Assembly (NCBI GenBank): GCA_963762145.1
Contig: CAVXJS010000011.1
Coordinates: 640,001-704,000, forward strand
Direction: 5' to 3'
DNA: 64,000 nucleotides
Source: an uncultured Candidatus Rokubacteria bacterium
GTDB lineage: Bacteria; Methylomirabilota; Methylomirabilia; Rokubacteriales; CSP1-6
Part shown: positions 29,043 through 39,210 of the stretch, piece after piece
How the letters are laid out: each line of letters begins with the position of its first letter
How positions within the stretch are numbered: the stretch's first letter is position 1
The notes under the pieces: model-generated
Told to the model about the DNA's origin: nothing
What the model saw: the letters and a program-made list of their open reading frames with translations, nothing else
Database searches by the model: none
Program-made: the position numbers and the translations under genes

Positions 29043-30838
29043 ATGGCCAACGACACTCTGGCGAGCATGTTCTGGAACCGGGTGGAGCAAGACCGAGATC
29101 GCGCGGCCCAGCGGTACAAGGCGCGACGGCACCTGGCACACGCTCACGCTGGCGCCAGGTGGGCGAGATCGTGCGCGAGCTGGCCACCGGGCTGCTCGCG
29201 CTCGGGCGTCGGAAGGGCGACGCGATCGGCATTCTCTCGGCGAGCCGCGCGGAATGGGTGCAGGCCGACTTCGCGATCTTCTCGGCGGGGTGCCGCACGA
29301 TTCCGATCTACCCGACCTATCCGCCCGACCTGATCCAGTACCTCGTCAACGACGCGGGCATGAAGACCCTCTTCGTCGAGGACCCGGGCCAGCTCGCCAA
29401 GGTGCTCGAGGTGCAGGGGAAGATGGAGGGGCTCGAGCAGATCGTGGTGATGCAAGGCTACGAGGGCGAGGCCTCGCCGCGGATCATGACCTGGGACCGA
29501 GCTGCGCCGCCTGGGGCGCGACAACGTGGAGCGCCTGAAGAGCGATCTCGCGGGGCGGGTGGCCGAGGTCCGGCCGGAGGACATCGCGACGATCGTCTAC
29601 ACCTCCGGCACCACCGGGCCGCCGAAGGGCGTCGTGCAGACCCACGGCAACCACATCGCCACGCTGGAGTCGGCGGCCAAGATGGACACCATCGAGGACG
29701 GAGGCGACCCACCTGCTCTTCCTGCCGCTCGCGCACTCCTTCGCGCGCCTCGAGTCGTTCCTGGGCGTGTACCGCGGGCTCACCACCGCGTTCGCGGAGA
29801 ACATCGACAAGCTGCGCGACAACCTGCCCGAGGTGAAGCCCGACTTCATCTGCAGCGTGCCGCGCGTGTTCGAGAAGGTCTACGCGGGCGTCATCGCCAA
29901 GGCGGAGGCGGGCTCGCCGCTCAAGAAGAAGATCTTCCACTGGGCGGTCGGCGTCGGCCGCGAGGTCTCGCGGCTGCAGCAGGCCAGGAAGCCGGTGCCG
30001 GCCGGCCTCGCCTTCAAGCACCGCCTGGCCGACAAGCTCGTGTTCTCGAAGATCCACGCGGCCCTGGGCGGGCGGCTGCGCTTCGCGGTCTCGGGGGGCG
30101 CGCCGCTCTCCAAGGAGATCGCCGAGTTCTTCCACGCCGCGGGCATCCTGATCCTGGAGGGCTACGGCCTCACCGAGACCTGCCCCTCGCTGACCTTCAA
30201 CCGGCTCCAGACGCTTCAAGTTCGGGTCGGTGGGCCAGGCGCAGCCCGGCATCGAGGTGAAGATCGCGCCCGACGGCGAGATCCTCGGCCGCGGGGCCAA
30301 CATCGCCAAGGGCTACTTCAAGAAGCCGGAGGCCACCGCGGAGGTGTTCCTGGCCGACGGCTGGTTCGCGACCGGCGACATCGGCAGGATCGACGAGGAC
30401 GGCTTCCTCTTCATCACCGACCGGAAGAAGGACCTCATCGTGACCGCGGGCGGCATGAACATCGCGCCCCAGAACATCGAGAACCTGCTCAAGGGCGATC
30501 CGTTCATCAGCCAGGCGATGGTGCACGGCGACAAGCGCCCGTACCCGGTGGCCCTCCTCACCCTGAACCCGGAGGAGCTGGCGAAGTTCGCCAAGGAGCA
30601 GGGGATCCTGAACCTGGATCCCGCGTCCCTCGCCAAGCATCCGAAGGTGGTCGATCGGGTGAGCCGCATCGTGGAGGCGCGCAACGGCGAGCTGCAGTCC
30701 TACGCCAAGGTCAAGAAGTTCGCGATCCTGCCCGGCGACTTCACGGTGGACAACGGCCTGCTCACGCCCACGCTGAAGGTCAAGCGGCGGATCATCACCG
30801 ACCAGCACCGGGAGCTCCTCGATTCCCTCTACCGATAA
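29043..30838 (+). CDS. Long-chain fatty-acid-CoA ligase (FadD15-like); several apparent indels
   Basis: YTSGTTGPPKG, SVPRVFEK, SGGAPL, EGYGLTET, TGDIG, DRKKDLIVTAGG and LTPTLKVKR across frames. Confidence 0.87.
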
Positions 30839-30872
30839 TCCGGCCGCGGCCGCCCAGCGCCTCGACGGCCGC

Positions 30873-31604
30873 GTGGCCATCGTCACCGGGGCGAGCCGGG
30901 GCCTCGGGCGCGCGATGGCGGTGGCCCTGGCGCAGGCGGGCGCCGACGTGGCGGTGGCCGCCCGCGCCCGGCCCGATCTCGAGGAGACGGCGAGACTGAT
31001 CACCGCGGCGGGCCGGCGGGCCCTCGTGGTGGAGACCGATGTCACCGCGTATCCCCAGGTGGAGGCGCTCGTGCGCCGCACCATCGCGGAGCTGGGCGGC
31101 CTGCACGTGGTGGTGAACAACTCCGGCATCGCGCGCGTGGCCCCGGTGGCCCAGATGTCGCCGGAGGACTTCCGCGCCACGCTCGAGGTCAACCTGGTCG
31201 GCGTCTTCAACGGTTGCCGCGCCGCCGCCGCGCACCTGCTGGCGCAGAAGTCGGGCAAGGTCATCAACCTCTCGTCGGTGCTGGGGCAGGCGGGCCTGCC
31301 CGGCTACAGCGCGTACGCGGCATCCAAGAGCGGGGTCATGGGTTTCACCCGCGCGCTCGCCGCGGAGTGGGCGCGTCACGGCATCCAGGTCAACGCGATC
31401 GCGCCGGGCTGGTTCGTCACCGAGATGAACGCGGAGGCGTTCGCGGACGAGCGCACGCGCGACCGGCTGCTCCGCGACGTGCCGCTCCGGCGCACCGGCC
31501 GCCTCGACGAGATCGGTCCACTCGCGGTCTACCTGGCCTCCGCCGCCTCCGACTTCATGACCGGCCAGACGCTCTTCCTCGATGGCGGCCACTCGGCGGT
31601 CTGA
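30873..31604 (+). CDS. SDR oxidoreductase (KduD/gluconate dehydrogenase-like); start uncertain
   Basis: TGASRGLG, YAASK, NAIAPG, SDFMTGQTLFLDGG. Confidence 0.88.
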   Translation: MAIVTGASRGLGRAMAVALAQAGADVAVAARARPDLEETARLITAAGRRALVVETDVTAYPQVEALVRRTIAELGGLHVVVNNSGIARVAPVAQMSPEDFRATLEVNLVGVFNGCRAAAAHLLAQKSGKVINLSSVLGQAGLPGYSAYAASKSGVMGFTRALAAEWARHGIQVNAIAPGWFVTEMNAEAFADERTRDRLLRDVPLRRTGRLDEIGPLAVYLASAASDFMTGQTLFLDGGHSAV

Positions 31605-32070
31605 GGCCGGGCGCCCCCGCGCGCCCCGACCGCCGGCCCGCCTCGCGCTCCACCCGGCGCCCCTCGCCGAGTGCGTCATCTGCGGGCCCGAGAGCCGCAC
31701 CGGCCTGCGCGTGCGCTTCCGGCGTAGAGGCGACGCGATCGTTGGCTCGTTCACGCCGGGCCGCGCCCAGCAGGGCTATCGCGGCCTCATGTCGGGCGGC
31801 CTCCTCGCCGCGATCTTCGACTGCCTGCACTATCGCCTGGCGCTGGTGCGCGGCGTGGTCCTGGCGGTGACCGCGCGGATCGAGGTGGACTACCGCGCGC
31901 CGGTCCCCCTGGGCCGTCCGGTGCGCTTCGAGGCCCGGCTGGTCGCCCGGCGCGGCCGCGTCTTCGACACGCGCGCGGTGGCGCGCCTGGCGGGTGGCAT
32001 CGTGGCCGCCGAGTCGCGCGCGATCTACGTGGAGATCCCGCCGAGCCGGCTGCCCGGCGGCGGGCACTAG
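31582..32070 (+). CDS. PaaI-family hot-dog thioesterase
   Basis: CVICGPES..GL, QGYRGLMSGG, TARIEVDYRAPVP. Confidence 0.8.
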   Translation: MAATRRSEAGRPRAPRPPARLALHPAPLAECVICGPESRTGLRVRFRRRGDAIVGSFTPGRAQQGYRGLMSGGLLAAIFDCLHYRLALVRGVVLAVTARIEVDYRAPVPLGRPVRFEARLVARRGRVFDTRAVARLAGGIVAAESRAIYVEIPPSRLPGGGH

Positions 32071-33818
32071 GCGCCGGCGTCCGGCGGCAGCGACTCCCAG
32101 AACCGGCGCTCCGCTTCCCGCGGCGCGGCCTCCACGCGGCACGGCCGGTCGAGAATCATGGTGCGGCGGTGGGTGCTGTCGTAGGCGGGCCAGTCGCCGA
32201 TGCCCGCGTGGCCCGGCCGCCCGGTGCGCGCGAAGGCGATCCACGCATCCTGGATCTGCCCGGCGAGGGCGTGTGCGGGCGCGCCTTTTCCGGTGAACGG
32301 GCGAATGAGCCGGTGCTCGAGCGTGCCGAAGAGAAAGGGCAGCTCGAGCGCGTGACAGGCGCCGAAGAGCCCGCCCATCGCGGGGGAGGGCCACGTGAAG
32401 AGATACGCGTAGGTCTCCGGCTGATGGGCCGCCTGCAGCGCGGCGAGCCGCATCGCGGGGTACCGCATGGTGCGATCGGACTCGATCGCGAACCAGAGAT
32501 CGCCCGGCTCCGCGCGCTCGCCGCGCCCGGCCCGCGCGTCCCGGTAGACCGCGATCGCCCGGCGCGCCGCGTCCGTCCCGCCGGGAATCGCCTCCGCGCA
32601 CCGGGCGAGCAGCTCGGCCTCGTTGAGCGTCGCGGCCTCCGGATCCAGCGGCGCGAACAGCCGCGCCTCGTCGAGGTTGGTGCCGACCAGGAGCGGGATG
32701 TCGCGGGCCTCGCCGTCGCGAATGGCGTCGAGCGGCTCGCGCGGAATGACGTCGCCATCGAGCACGGGCTGGAAGGGCAGGCCGCGCGTGCGCAGGACCC
32801 GGAGCGCGGCCATCTCCGGCGCGGTCGGCGCGCGGCGCCGGCTCCCGCGGCGTCGCAGCAGGTCCAGCAACCCGCGTGACACCGGCACCACCGCCCGGCC
32901 GAAGCGGCGGCGCGCGAGCGTGAGACCGAGGAAGACCGCGCCCGCCATGCGCTGCCCGGACGGCGAGAGCGTGCCGAGGACGTGTTGCTCGCCCAGCATC
33001 AGATCCATGAAGAGACGACGCTGGGCCGCCAGGAGGCGCGCGGGGGCGGCGGCGCGGAGCTCCTCGGGCGAGCTCACTCCGAGGTCCGCGAGCACGCGGT
33101 CGGCGATGCGCGCGGCGGTGCCGCGCGGCCAGAGGTAGTTCGCGGCGCCGGATTCCAGGATCGCCCGGCGGAAGAGGCCCCGGGCGCGCGGCACGCCGAG
33201 CAGGGTCGCGCAGCTCATCGCGCCCGCCGACTCGCCGAAGATCGTCACGTTATCGGGATCGCCGCCGAACGCGGCGATCTCGTCGCGCACCCACGCGAGC
33301 GCCGCCACCTGGTCGAGCAGCCCCTCGTTGCCGGTCGCGGGCAGGCGCTCGCCGAAGCGGTCGCGCAGGCGCAGGAAGCCCAGCGCGCCCAGCCGGTAGT
33401 TGATGGTGACGACGACCACGTCGCCGCGGCGGGCCAGGGCCGCGCCGTTGTAGAGCATCTGCGAGCCGGAGCCCAGGATGAAGGCGCCGCCGTGGATCCA
33501 CACGAGCACCGGCCGGCGGCCCCGGTCCGCGGCGGGCGTCCAGACGTTCAGGTAGAGGCAGTCCTCGCCGGTGCGGGTGATGCCCAGGCTCATCAAGGGG
33601 CCGACGAGCGCCCCGTTCTGCGCCGCCGACGGCCCGAAGCGGGCCGCGTCGAGGACGGCGGTCCAGGGCGCGGGTGGCTCGGGGGGCCCGAAGCGGAGCG
33701 GGCCGACCGGCGGGCGCGCGAAGGGAAGGCCGCGGAACACCGCGAGGCCGCCTTCGGCGATGCCGCGCACCGGGCCGCGTCGCGTCTGGACCAGGACGTC
33801 CACGGGTCGCGGGCTCAC
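32067..33818 (-). CDS. Type-B carboxylesterase (PnbA-like)
   Basis: FRGLPFA, EDCLYLNVW, WIHGGAF, NYRLG, GESAG nucleophile, GTNLDE, ACHALE; GTGA overlap with DUF445. Confidence 0.92.
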   Translation of the reverse strand: MSPRPVDVLVQTRRGPVRGIAEGGLAVFRGLPFARPPVGPLRFGPPEPPAPWTAVLDAARFGPSAAQNGALVGPLMSLGITRTGEDCLYLNVWTPAADRGRRPVLVWIHGGAFILGSGSQMLYNGAALARRGDVVVVTINYRLGALGFLRLRDRFGERLPATGNEGLLDQVAALAWVRDEIAAFGGDPDNVTIFGESAGAMSCATLLGVPRARGLFRRAILESGAANYLWPRGTAARIADRVLADLGVSSPEELRAAAPARLLAAQRRLFMDLMLGEQHVLGTLSPSGQRMAGAVFLGLTLARRRFGRAVVPVSRGLLDLLRRRGSRRRAPTAPEMAALRVLRTRGLPFQPVLDGDVIPREPLDAIRDGEARDIPLLVGTNLDEARLFAPLDPEAATLNEAELLARCAEAIPGGTDAARRAIAVYRDARAGRGERAEPGDLWFAIESDRTMRYPAMRLAALQAAHQPETYAYLFTWPSPAMGGLFGACHALELPFLFGTLEHRLIRPFTGKGAPAHALAGQIQDAWIAFARTGRPGHAGIGDWPAYDSTHRRTMILDRPCRVEAAPREAERRFWESLPPDAGA

Positions 33819-35098
33819 CACAGCAGGTCCAGCAGCCGGTGGATCGCGTAGAGGCCGCCGCCCGCCAGGCCTCCCACGACCGTGCCGTTCACACGGATGT
33901 ACTGGAGATCGTCGCCCGCGTGCTCCTCGATGAGCCGGACCGCGCCCTCCGGGCCGAGCGCGTGCACGCCCCGCTCGATGAAGTGCGCGATACGGTCGTG
34001 ATAGCGGTCCACCGCCTCGGTGAGCCGCTCCTTGAGCCAGCGGTCGAGCGACTTCCGGAGCGCGGTGTCGTCCGCCAGCGTGCGCCGCGCGCGGTCGAGC
34101 CGGGCGGTGATCCAGCTCACCAGCTCGGACGGCTGGGCCGCGAGATCCGCGATCACGATCTTGCGGAGCCCGACCGCGGCATCCTCGAGCAGACGCGCCA
34201 CCGCCACGCTCGCCAACAGCTCCTCCTTGGCCGCCTCGACGCGCGCGGCGAGGGCCGGGTCGGTGCGGAGCCGCTCGGGTAGCGCGGCGAGCGTCTCGAC
34301 GAGACGCCGGCGCAGGGGATCGTCGGGGTCGTCCGCGATCTTCTTCAGCGCCTGGTGGAGCGCGGTGACGATGCGCTCCCGGTCGATGAGCCCGAACGTG
34401 CTCGCCAGCCCCATCAGGATGCGCGGATAGACGCCCATGCGGGTGCGATAGTCGGCCAGCACCTCGTCCACCAGATCGCCGACGGTGGCGCGGAAGTCCG
34501 GGCGCTCGAGCGCGTCGATCAGCGCCGCCGCCGTCGCCTCGATGAGCCGCTGATCCCAGCCCTGCTTGCGTGCGATCTCGATGCCGGTGGCGAGCAGCGG
34601 CGCGATGGGGTTCGCGCGGGCCAGGCGAGTCAGCCAGACCGCGGCGTCCCCGGTCGCCGTGGGCGTGACCTGCTCCGTCGCCCAGCGCGCGATCGCGCCG
34701 ACCATCGCTTCGAGGTCGGCGGGCCTGACGCGCTCGGCCCCGCGGGCCAGCAGCTCCGCGATGTCGAAGCGCTCGATCTCGTGCCCGACGTAGTCCTTGG
34801 TGAGCACCCGATCGCCGACCATGCTCCCCACGCGCCGGGCCATCAGCTCCCAGTTGGCCGGGATGATGGCGGTGTGGGGGATGGGCAGACCGAGGGGATG
34901 CCGGAAGAGCGCGGTGACCGCGAACCAGTCCGCGAGGCCACCCACGATGCCGGCCTCGGCGACCGCCAGGACGAAGCCGCCCCACCACCGGGTGCGCAAC
35001 GGGTACGCCGCCACCGCCAGGGCGACCGCGGCCAGCAAGACGAGCAGGGCGAGCCGGCGCTGGCGGGTCGGTCGCCGGTGTTCGGAAGCGCCGTCCAC
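33815..35098 (-). CDS. DUF445 membrane protein
   Basis: EAGIVGGLADWFAVTALFRHPLG..HTAIIP; C-terminal DLQYIRVNGTVVGGLAG. Confidence 0.9.
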   Translation of the reverse strand: MDGASEHRRPTRQRRLALLVLLAAVALAVAAYPLRTRWWGGFVLAVAEAGIVGGLADWFAVTALFRHPLGLPIPHTAIIPANWELMARRVGSMVGDRVLTKDYVGHEIERFDIAELLARGAERVRPADLEAMVGAIARWATEQVTPTATGDAAVWLTRLARANPIAPLLATGIEIARKQGWDQRLIEATAAALIDALERPDFRATVGDLVDEVLADYRTRMGVYPRILMGLASTFGLIDRERIVTALHQALKKIADDPDDPLRRRLVETLAALPERLRTDPALAARVEAAKEELLASVAVARLLEDAAVGLRKIVIADLAAQPSELVSWITARLDRARRTLADDTALRKSLDRWLKERLTEAVDRYHDRIAHFIERGVHALGPEGAVRLIEEHAGDDLQYIRVNGTVVGGLAGGGLYAIHRLLDLLW

Positions 35099-35183
35099 GC
35101 TCGCAGCCTACTATGGAGCGCCCGGCCCGCCTAGCCTGCCCCGCTCTCCTCGGATGATCGGGGCCGAATGCTATGATCGGCGC

Positions 35184-36197
35184 ATGATCGCCGCCGTCCT
35201 TCGCGGCCCCCGCGCGCTCGACATCACGACCGTCCCGTCGCCCACGCCGGGCCCGAACGACGCGGTCATTCGCGTCACCGCGGCCGGGCTCTGCGGCACC
35301 GACTACCGCATCTGGACGGGGGAGCGCCCGGTGCGCTACCCGCTCGTGATGGGGCACGAGTTCGTGGGCACGGTGGCGGCCATCGGGAGCGCGGTCCGGA
35401 ATGTCGCGGTCGGTCAGGCGGTGGCGGTGGAGCCCAACTACTCCTGCGGGACGTGCGCGCTGTGCCGCGAGGGCAACCGTAACCTGTGTCTCTCGCGCGT
35501 GGCGGTCGGCATCGACGTGGACGGGGGCTTCGCCCAGGAGGCGGTCGTGCCCGCCCGCTGCTGCTGGCCGGCGCCGGTCGCCCTCTCCACCGAGCGGCTG
35601 CTGATGGCCGAGCCGCTCGCGGTGGTGGTGCGCGCGGTCGGTCGCGCCGCGCCCGTGGCCGGGGAGACCGCGGCGGTGCTCGGGGTGGGCTCGCTCGGTC
35701 TGCTCGCGGTGCAGGTGCTCCGCGCCCGCGGCTGCCGCGTCCTCGCGGTGGCGCGGACCACCAAGCGTCTCGATCTCGCGCGCGAGCTGGGCGCGGAGGC
35801 GGTCGCGCTCTCGGGCGCCGACGACGACACCGCCGCCGCCCGGGCCTTCTCCGGGCGCGAGGGCGTGGACCTGGTGATCGAGACCGCCGGCACGGCCCTG
35901 GCGGTCGAGCAGGCGGTCAACCTCTGCCGGCCCGGCGGGCGGGTGGTGCTCACCGGGCTGCCGCACGAGGCCACCGTGCTCAGCTTCTTCTGGGTCGTGC
36001 GCCGCGAGCTGCGGATCATCGGCTCGATGATCTACCAGGACGAGTTCCCGGAGGCGATGCGGCTCCTCGAGACCGGCGCCGTGCGCACGGACCGGCTCCT
36101 CTCCCTGACCTTTCCGCTGGACCGCATCGACGACGCCTTCGAAGCGCATCGCTCGCCCAGCTCGATCAAGGTCGCGGTCGTCCCGCCCGCCGGCTGA
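35184..36197 (+). CDS. Zn-dependent alcohol dehydrogenase (MDR; threonine/sorbitol DH-like)
   Basis: CGTD, GHE, CxxCxxC..C, GVGSLG. Confidence 0.9.
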   Translation: MIAAVLRGPRALDITTVPSPTPGPNDAVIRVTAAGLCGTDYRIWTGERPVRYPLVMGHEFVGTVAAIGSAVRNVAVGQAVAVEPNYSCGTCALCREGNRNLCLSRVAVGIDVDGGFAQEAVVPARCCWPAPVALSTERLLMAEPLAVVVRAVGRAAPVAGETAAVLGVGSLGLLAVQVLRARGCRVLAVARTTKRLDLARELGAEAVALSGADDDTAAARAFSGREGVDLVIETAGTALAVEQAVNLCRPGGRVVLTGLPHEATVLSFFWVVRRELRIIGSMIYQDEFPEAMRLLETGAVRTDRLLSLTFPLDRIDDAFEAHRSPSSIKVAVVPPAG

Positions 36198-37098
36198 CGA
36201 GTTCCAGCGCCCTCGGCTGCGCCTTGCCCTGCGCGATCAGCCGGGCCGCGAAGCGGCCGGCCGCGGCGCCGCGGCGGAATCCGGGACGGTGGACCAGCGT
36301 GACCGGGAGCGACGGCACCGCGGCCCGCTCCCACCTGACCCGGCCGCGATCGAGCTCGGACAGCGCGAGCGCGGGGGCCAGGCCCACGCCCAGTCCTCCC
36401 GAGACGTAGGCGAGGAGGAGGGACACGCTCGGCACGTCAATGGTGGACGTGGGCTGGATGCGCTCGCGGGCCAGGTAGTCCTCGAGCAGCCGACGTCCCT
36501 GGCTCCCCGCGCCGAGCCGGAGCAGGGGCTCGCGGCGGAGCCGATCGGGCAGGGGCACCCGCTTCCCGGCACGCCGCGGGCCGACCCAGACGAAGGGCTG
36601 GTCGAAGAGCCGCTCGGCTTCGAGCCCGCGAGGGATCTCCTGCCCGGTGACCACCGCGCAGTCCGCCTCGCCGAGCCCCACGAGGCGGATGCCCTCGCGC
36701 GAATGGGTGGTGGCGATCTCGAAGCGGAGTGGCACGCGCTCCTCCAGCAGCTCGCGCAGCACCGGAACCAGCAGCGCCTTGCCGAGGTAGTCGCTGACCG
36801 CGACGCGCAGGGTCGCGGGCGGGCGGCCCGACAGCTCGGCCAGGTGGGCGAAGAGCGCTTCGGTCTCGGTGCCGAGCTTCAGGATGCCGGGCAGCGCGGC
36901 CTCGCCCGCCGCGGTGAGCCGGACGCCGCGGCCCGCCCGCTCGAGGAAGGTCACCCCCAGGTGCCGCTCGAGCTTGCGGATCTGCTGGCTGATCGCGGAG
37001 GAGGTGCGATGGTGCAGCCGCGCCGCCGCCCCGACCGAGCCGCTGCGGGCGACGGTCAGCAGGCTCAGCAGGGAGGGGAGAAGCGCCGCGTCGACCAT
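36166..37098 (-). CDS. LysR-family regulator divergent from leuCD
   Basis: N-terminal HTH SAISQQIRKLE..LTAAG; T-N11-A box at 37098-37110. Confidence 0.9.
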   Translation of the reverse strand: MVDAALLPSLLSLLTVARSGSVGAAARLHHRTSSAISQQIRKLERHLGVTFLERAGRGVRLTAAGEAALPGILKLGTETEALFAHLAELSGRPPATLRVAVSDYLGKALLVPVLRELLEERVPLRFEIATTHSREGIRLVGLGEADCAVVTGQEIPRGLEAERLFDQPFVWVGPRRAGKRVPLPDRLRREPLLRLGAGSQGRRLLEDYLARERIQPTSTIDVPSVSLLLAYVSGGLGVGLAPALALSELDRGRVRWERAAVPSLPVTLVHRPGFRRGAAAGRFAARLIAQGKAQPRALELVSRRAGRPRP

Positions 37099-37201
37099 TA
37101 GCGGATCTTACGGGACCGGCAAGAATATTTCACTATACTTAACGGTCTGACGGCGGGACACTCGGCCGGCCGGCCACCCCGCCGGCCACACGGAGGAGAC
37201 C

Positions 37202-38605
37202 ATGGCGTCAACGTTGCTCGACAAGGTCTGGGACGCGCACACGGTGCGCACGCTGCCCTCGGGGCAGACGCAGCTCCTGATCGGACTCCACCTGATTCAC
37301 GAGGTCACCTCGCCCCAGGCCTTCCAGGCCCTCAACGAGCTGAAGCTGCCGGTGCGCATGCCGGAGCGGACCTTCGCGACCCTCGACCACATCATCCCCA
37401 CCACCGCCCAGCAGCGGCCGTTCGCCGACGCGGTGGCCGAGGAGATGACGGTGCACATGATCCGCAACGCCAAGGGGAGCGGGGTCACCCTGTTCGGCCT
37501 CGACAGCGGCCGTCAGGGCATCGTCCACGTGATCGGCCCCGAGCTCGGGCTGACCCAGCCCGGGATGACCATCGCGTGCGGGGACAGCCACACCGCGACG
37601 CACGGCGCGGTCGGGGCGATCGCGTTCGGCATCGGGACCAGCCAGGTGCGGGACGTGCTGGCCACCCAGTGCCTGGCCATGGCCAAGCCGAAGCTCCGCC
37701 AGGTGCGGGTGGACGGCGCGCTGGCCAAGGGCGTCTACGCCAAGGACGTCATCCTCGCGATCATCCGCACGCTGGGCGTCAACGGGGGCGTGGGTTACGC
37801 GTACGAGTATGCGGGCGCGGTGGTGGACCGGATGACGATGGAGGAGCGGCTCACGCTCTGCAACATGTCGATCGAGGGCGGCGCCCGCTCCGGCTACGTC
37901 AATCCCGACCAGACCACCTTCGACTACCTGCGCGGGCGCCAGTACGCTCCGCAGGGCGCGGCCTTCGACCGCGCGGTGACGTGGTGGAAGGGCATGGCGT
38001 CCGACGCCGACGCGACGTACGACGACGTCAAGCGGCTCGACGGGAGTGCCATCCCGCCGATGGTGACCTGGGGCATCAACCCGGGGCAGTCGGTCGGGGT
38101 GGGCGAGCGGATCCCGTCGCCCGAGTCGGCGCCGGAGCCGGAGCGTCCGACCTACCGCGAGGGCCTGGCCCACATGGGCTTCAGCGCGGGCCAGCCCATC
38201 GCGGGCGCGAAGATCGACGTGGTGTTCATCGGCTCCTGCACGAACTCGCGGATCTCGGACCTGCGGGTCGCGGCGGCGGTGGCCAAGGGCAACCGGGTGG
38301 CCAAGGGGGTGCGCGCGATCGTGGTGCCGGGCTCGCAGCTCGTGGCCAAGGAGGCCGAGGCCGAGGGGCTGCACGAGGTCTTCCGCGAGGCGGGCTTCGA
38401 GTGGCGGAACGCGGGCTGCTCGATGTGCCTCGGCATGAACGACGACAAGCTCAAGGGCCGGGAGATGAGCGCCTCCACCAGCAACCGCAACTTCATCGGA
38501 CGCCAGGGCAGCCCCACCGGGCGCACCTTGCTGATGAGCCCGGCCATGGCCGCGGCGGCCGCGCTGCACGGGGCGGTCACCGACGTACGGGAGATGATGA
38601 AATGA
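37202..38605 (+). CDS. leuC: 3-isopropylmalate dehydratase large subunit
   Basis: [40 protein letters not shown]. Confidence 0.95.
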   Translation: MASTLLDKVWDAHTVRTLPSGQTQLLIGLHLIHEVTSPQAFQALNELKLPVRMPERTFATLDHIIPTTAQQRPFADAVAEEMTVHMIRNAKGSGVTLFGLDSGRQGIVHVIGPELGLTQPGMTIACGDSHTATHGAVGAIAFGIGTSQVRDVLATQCLAMAKPKLRQVRVDGALAKGVYAKDVILAIIRTLGVNGGVGYAYEYAGAVVDRMTMEERLTLCNMSIEGGARSGYVNPDQTTFDYLRGRQYAPQGAAFDRAVTWWKGMASDADATYDDVKRLDGSAIPPMVTWGINPGQSVGVGERIPSPESAPEPERPTYREGLAHMGFSAGQPIAGAKIDVVFIGSCTNSRISDLRVAAAVAKGNRVAKGVRAIVVPGSQLVAKEAEAEGLHEVFREAGFEWRNAGCSMCLGMNDDKLKGREMSASTSNRNFIGRQGSPTGRTLLMSPAMAAAAALHGAVTDVREMMK

Positions 38606-39194
38606 GCGACAGCACGCGGCGGCAGGTCGCGGGACGGGGGATTCCGATCCCCGGCAACGACATCGACACCGACCGGATCATCCCGGCGCGGTTCCTCAAG
38701 ACGGTCACCAACGAGGGCCTGGGGCTCCACGCCTTCGAGGACGCGCGCAAGCAGGACCCGGAGCACTCGTTCAACCAGAAAGCGTACGAAGGCGCCTCCG
38801 TGCTGGTGGGGGGCATGAACTTCGGGTGCGGGTCCTCGCGCGAGCACGCCCCGAGTCGCTCAAGCAGTGGGGGATCAAGGCCATCGTGGCCGGCTCCTTC
38901 GCCGAGATCTTCTTCGGCAACTGCACCATGCTCGGCATCCCGTGTCTCTCCATCTCCCAGGACGACGTGCTGTGGCTGCAGCGCGCGGTCGGCCGCGATC
39001 CGAAGCAGGCGGTGACGGTGGACGTGGAACGGCAGGAGGTGCGCGTGGGCGATCGGATCATCCCGGCCCGGATCGCCGACGGCGCGCGCAACCAGCTCGT
39101 CTCCGGGGCGTGGAACGCCACCGGCGTGCTGCTGGACGCGGGCGACGCGATCGAGGCCACCGCCGGCCGCCTCCCGTACGTCAAGGGTTTCTGA
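38602..39194 (+). CDS. leuD: 3-isopropylmalate dehydratase small subunit; 1-nt indel near 38853
   Basis: [25 protein letters not shown] / [10 protein letters not shown]. Confidence 0.92.
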
Positions 39195-39210
39195 CCCGGG
39201 TCGAGCTCCC

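Noticed and set aside
32067-36149. 1360-aa minus-strand ORF as one giant protein
   Set aside because: Only 33818-32067 is a carboxylesterase; the rest is an off-frame or antisense read of DUF445 and the ADH, typical of high-GC DNA.
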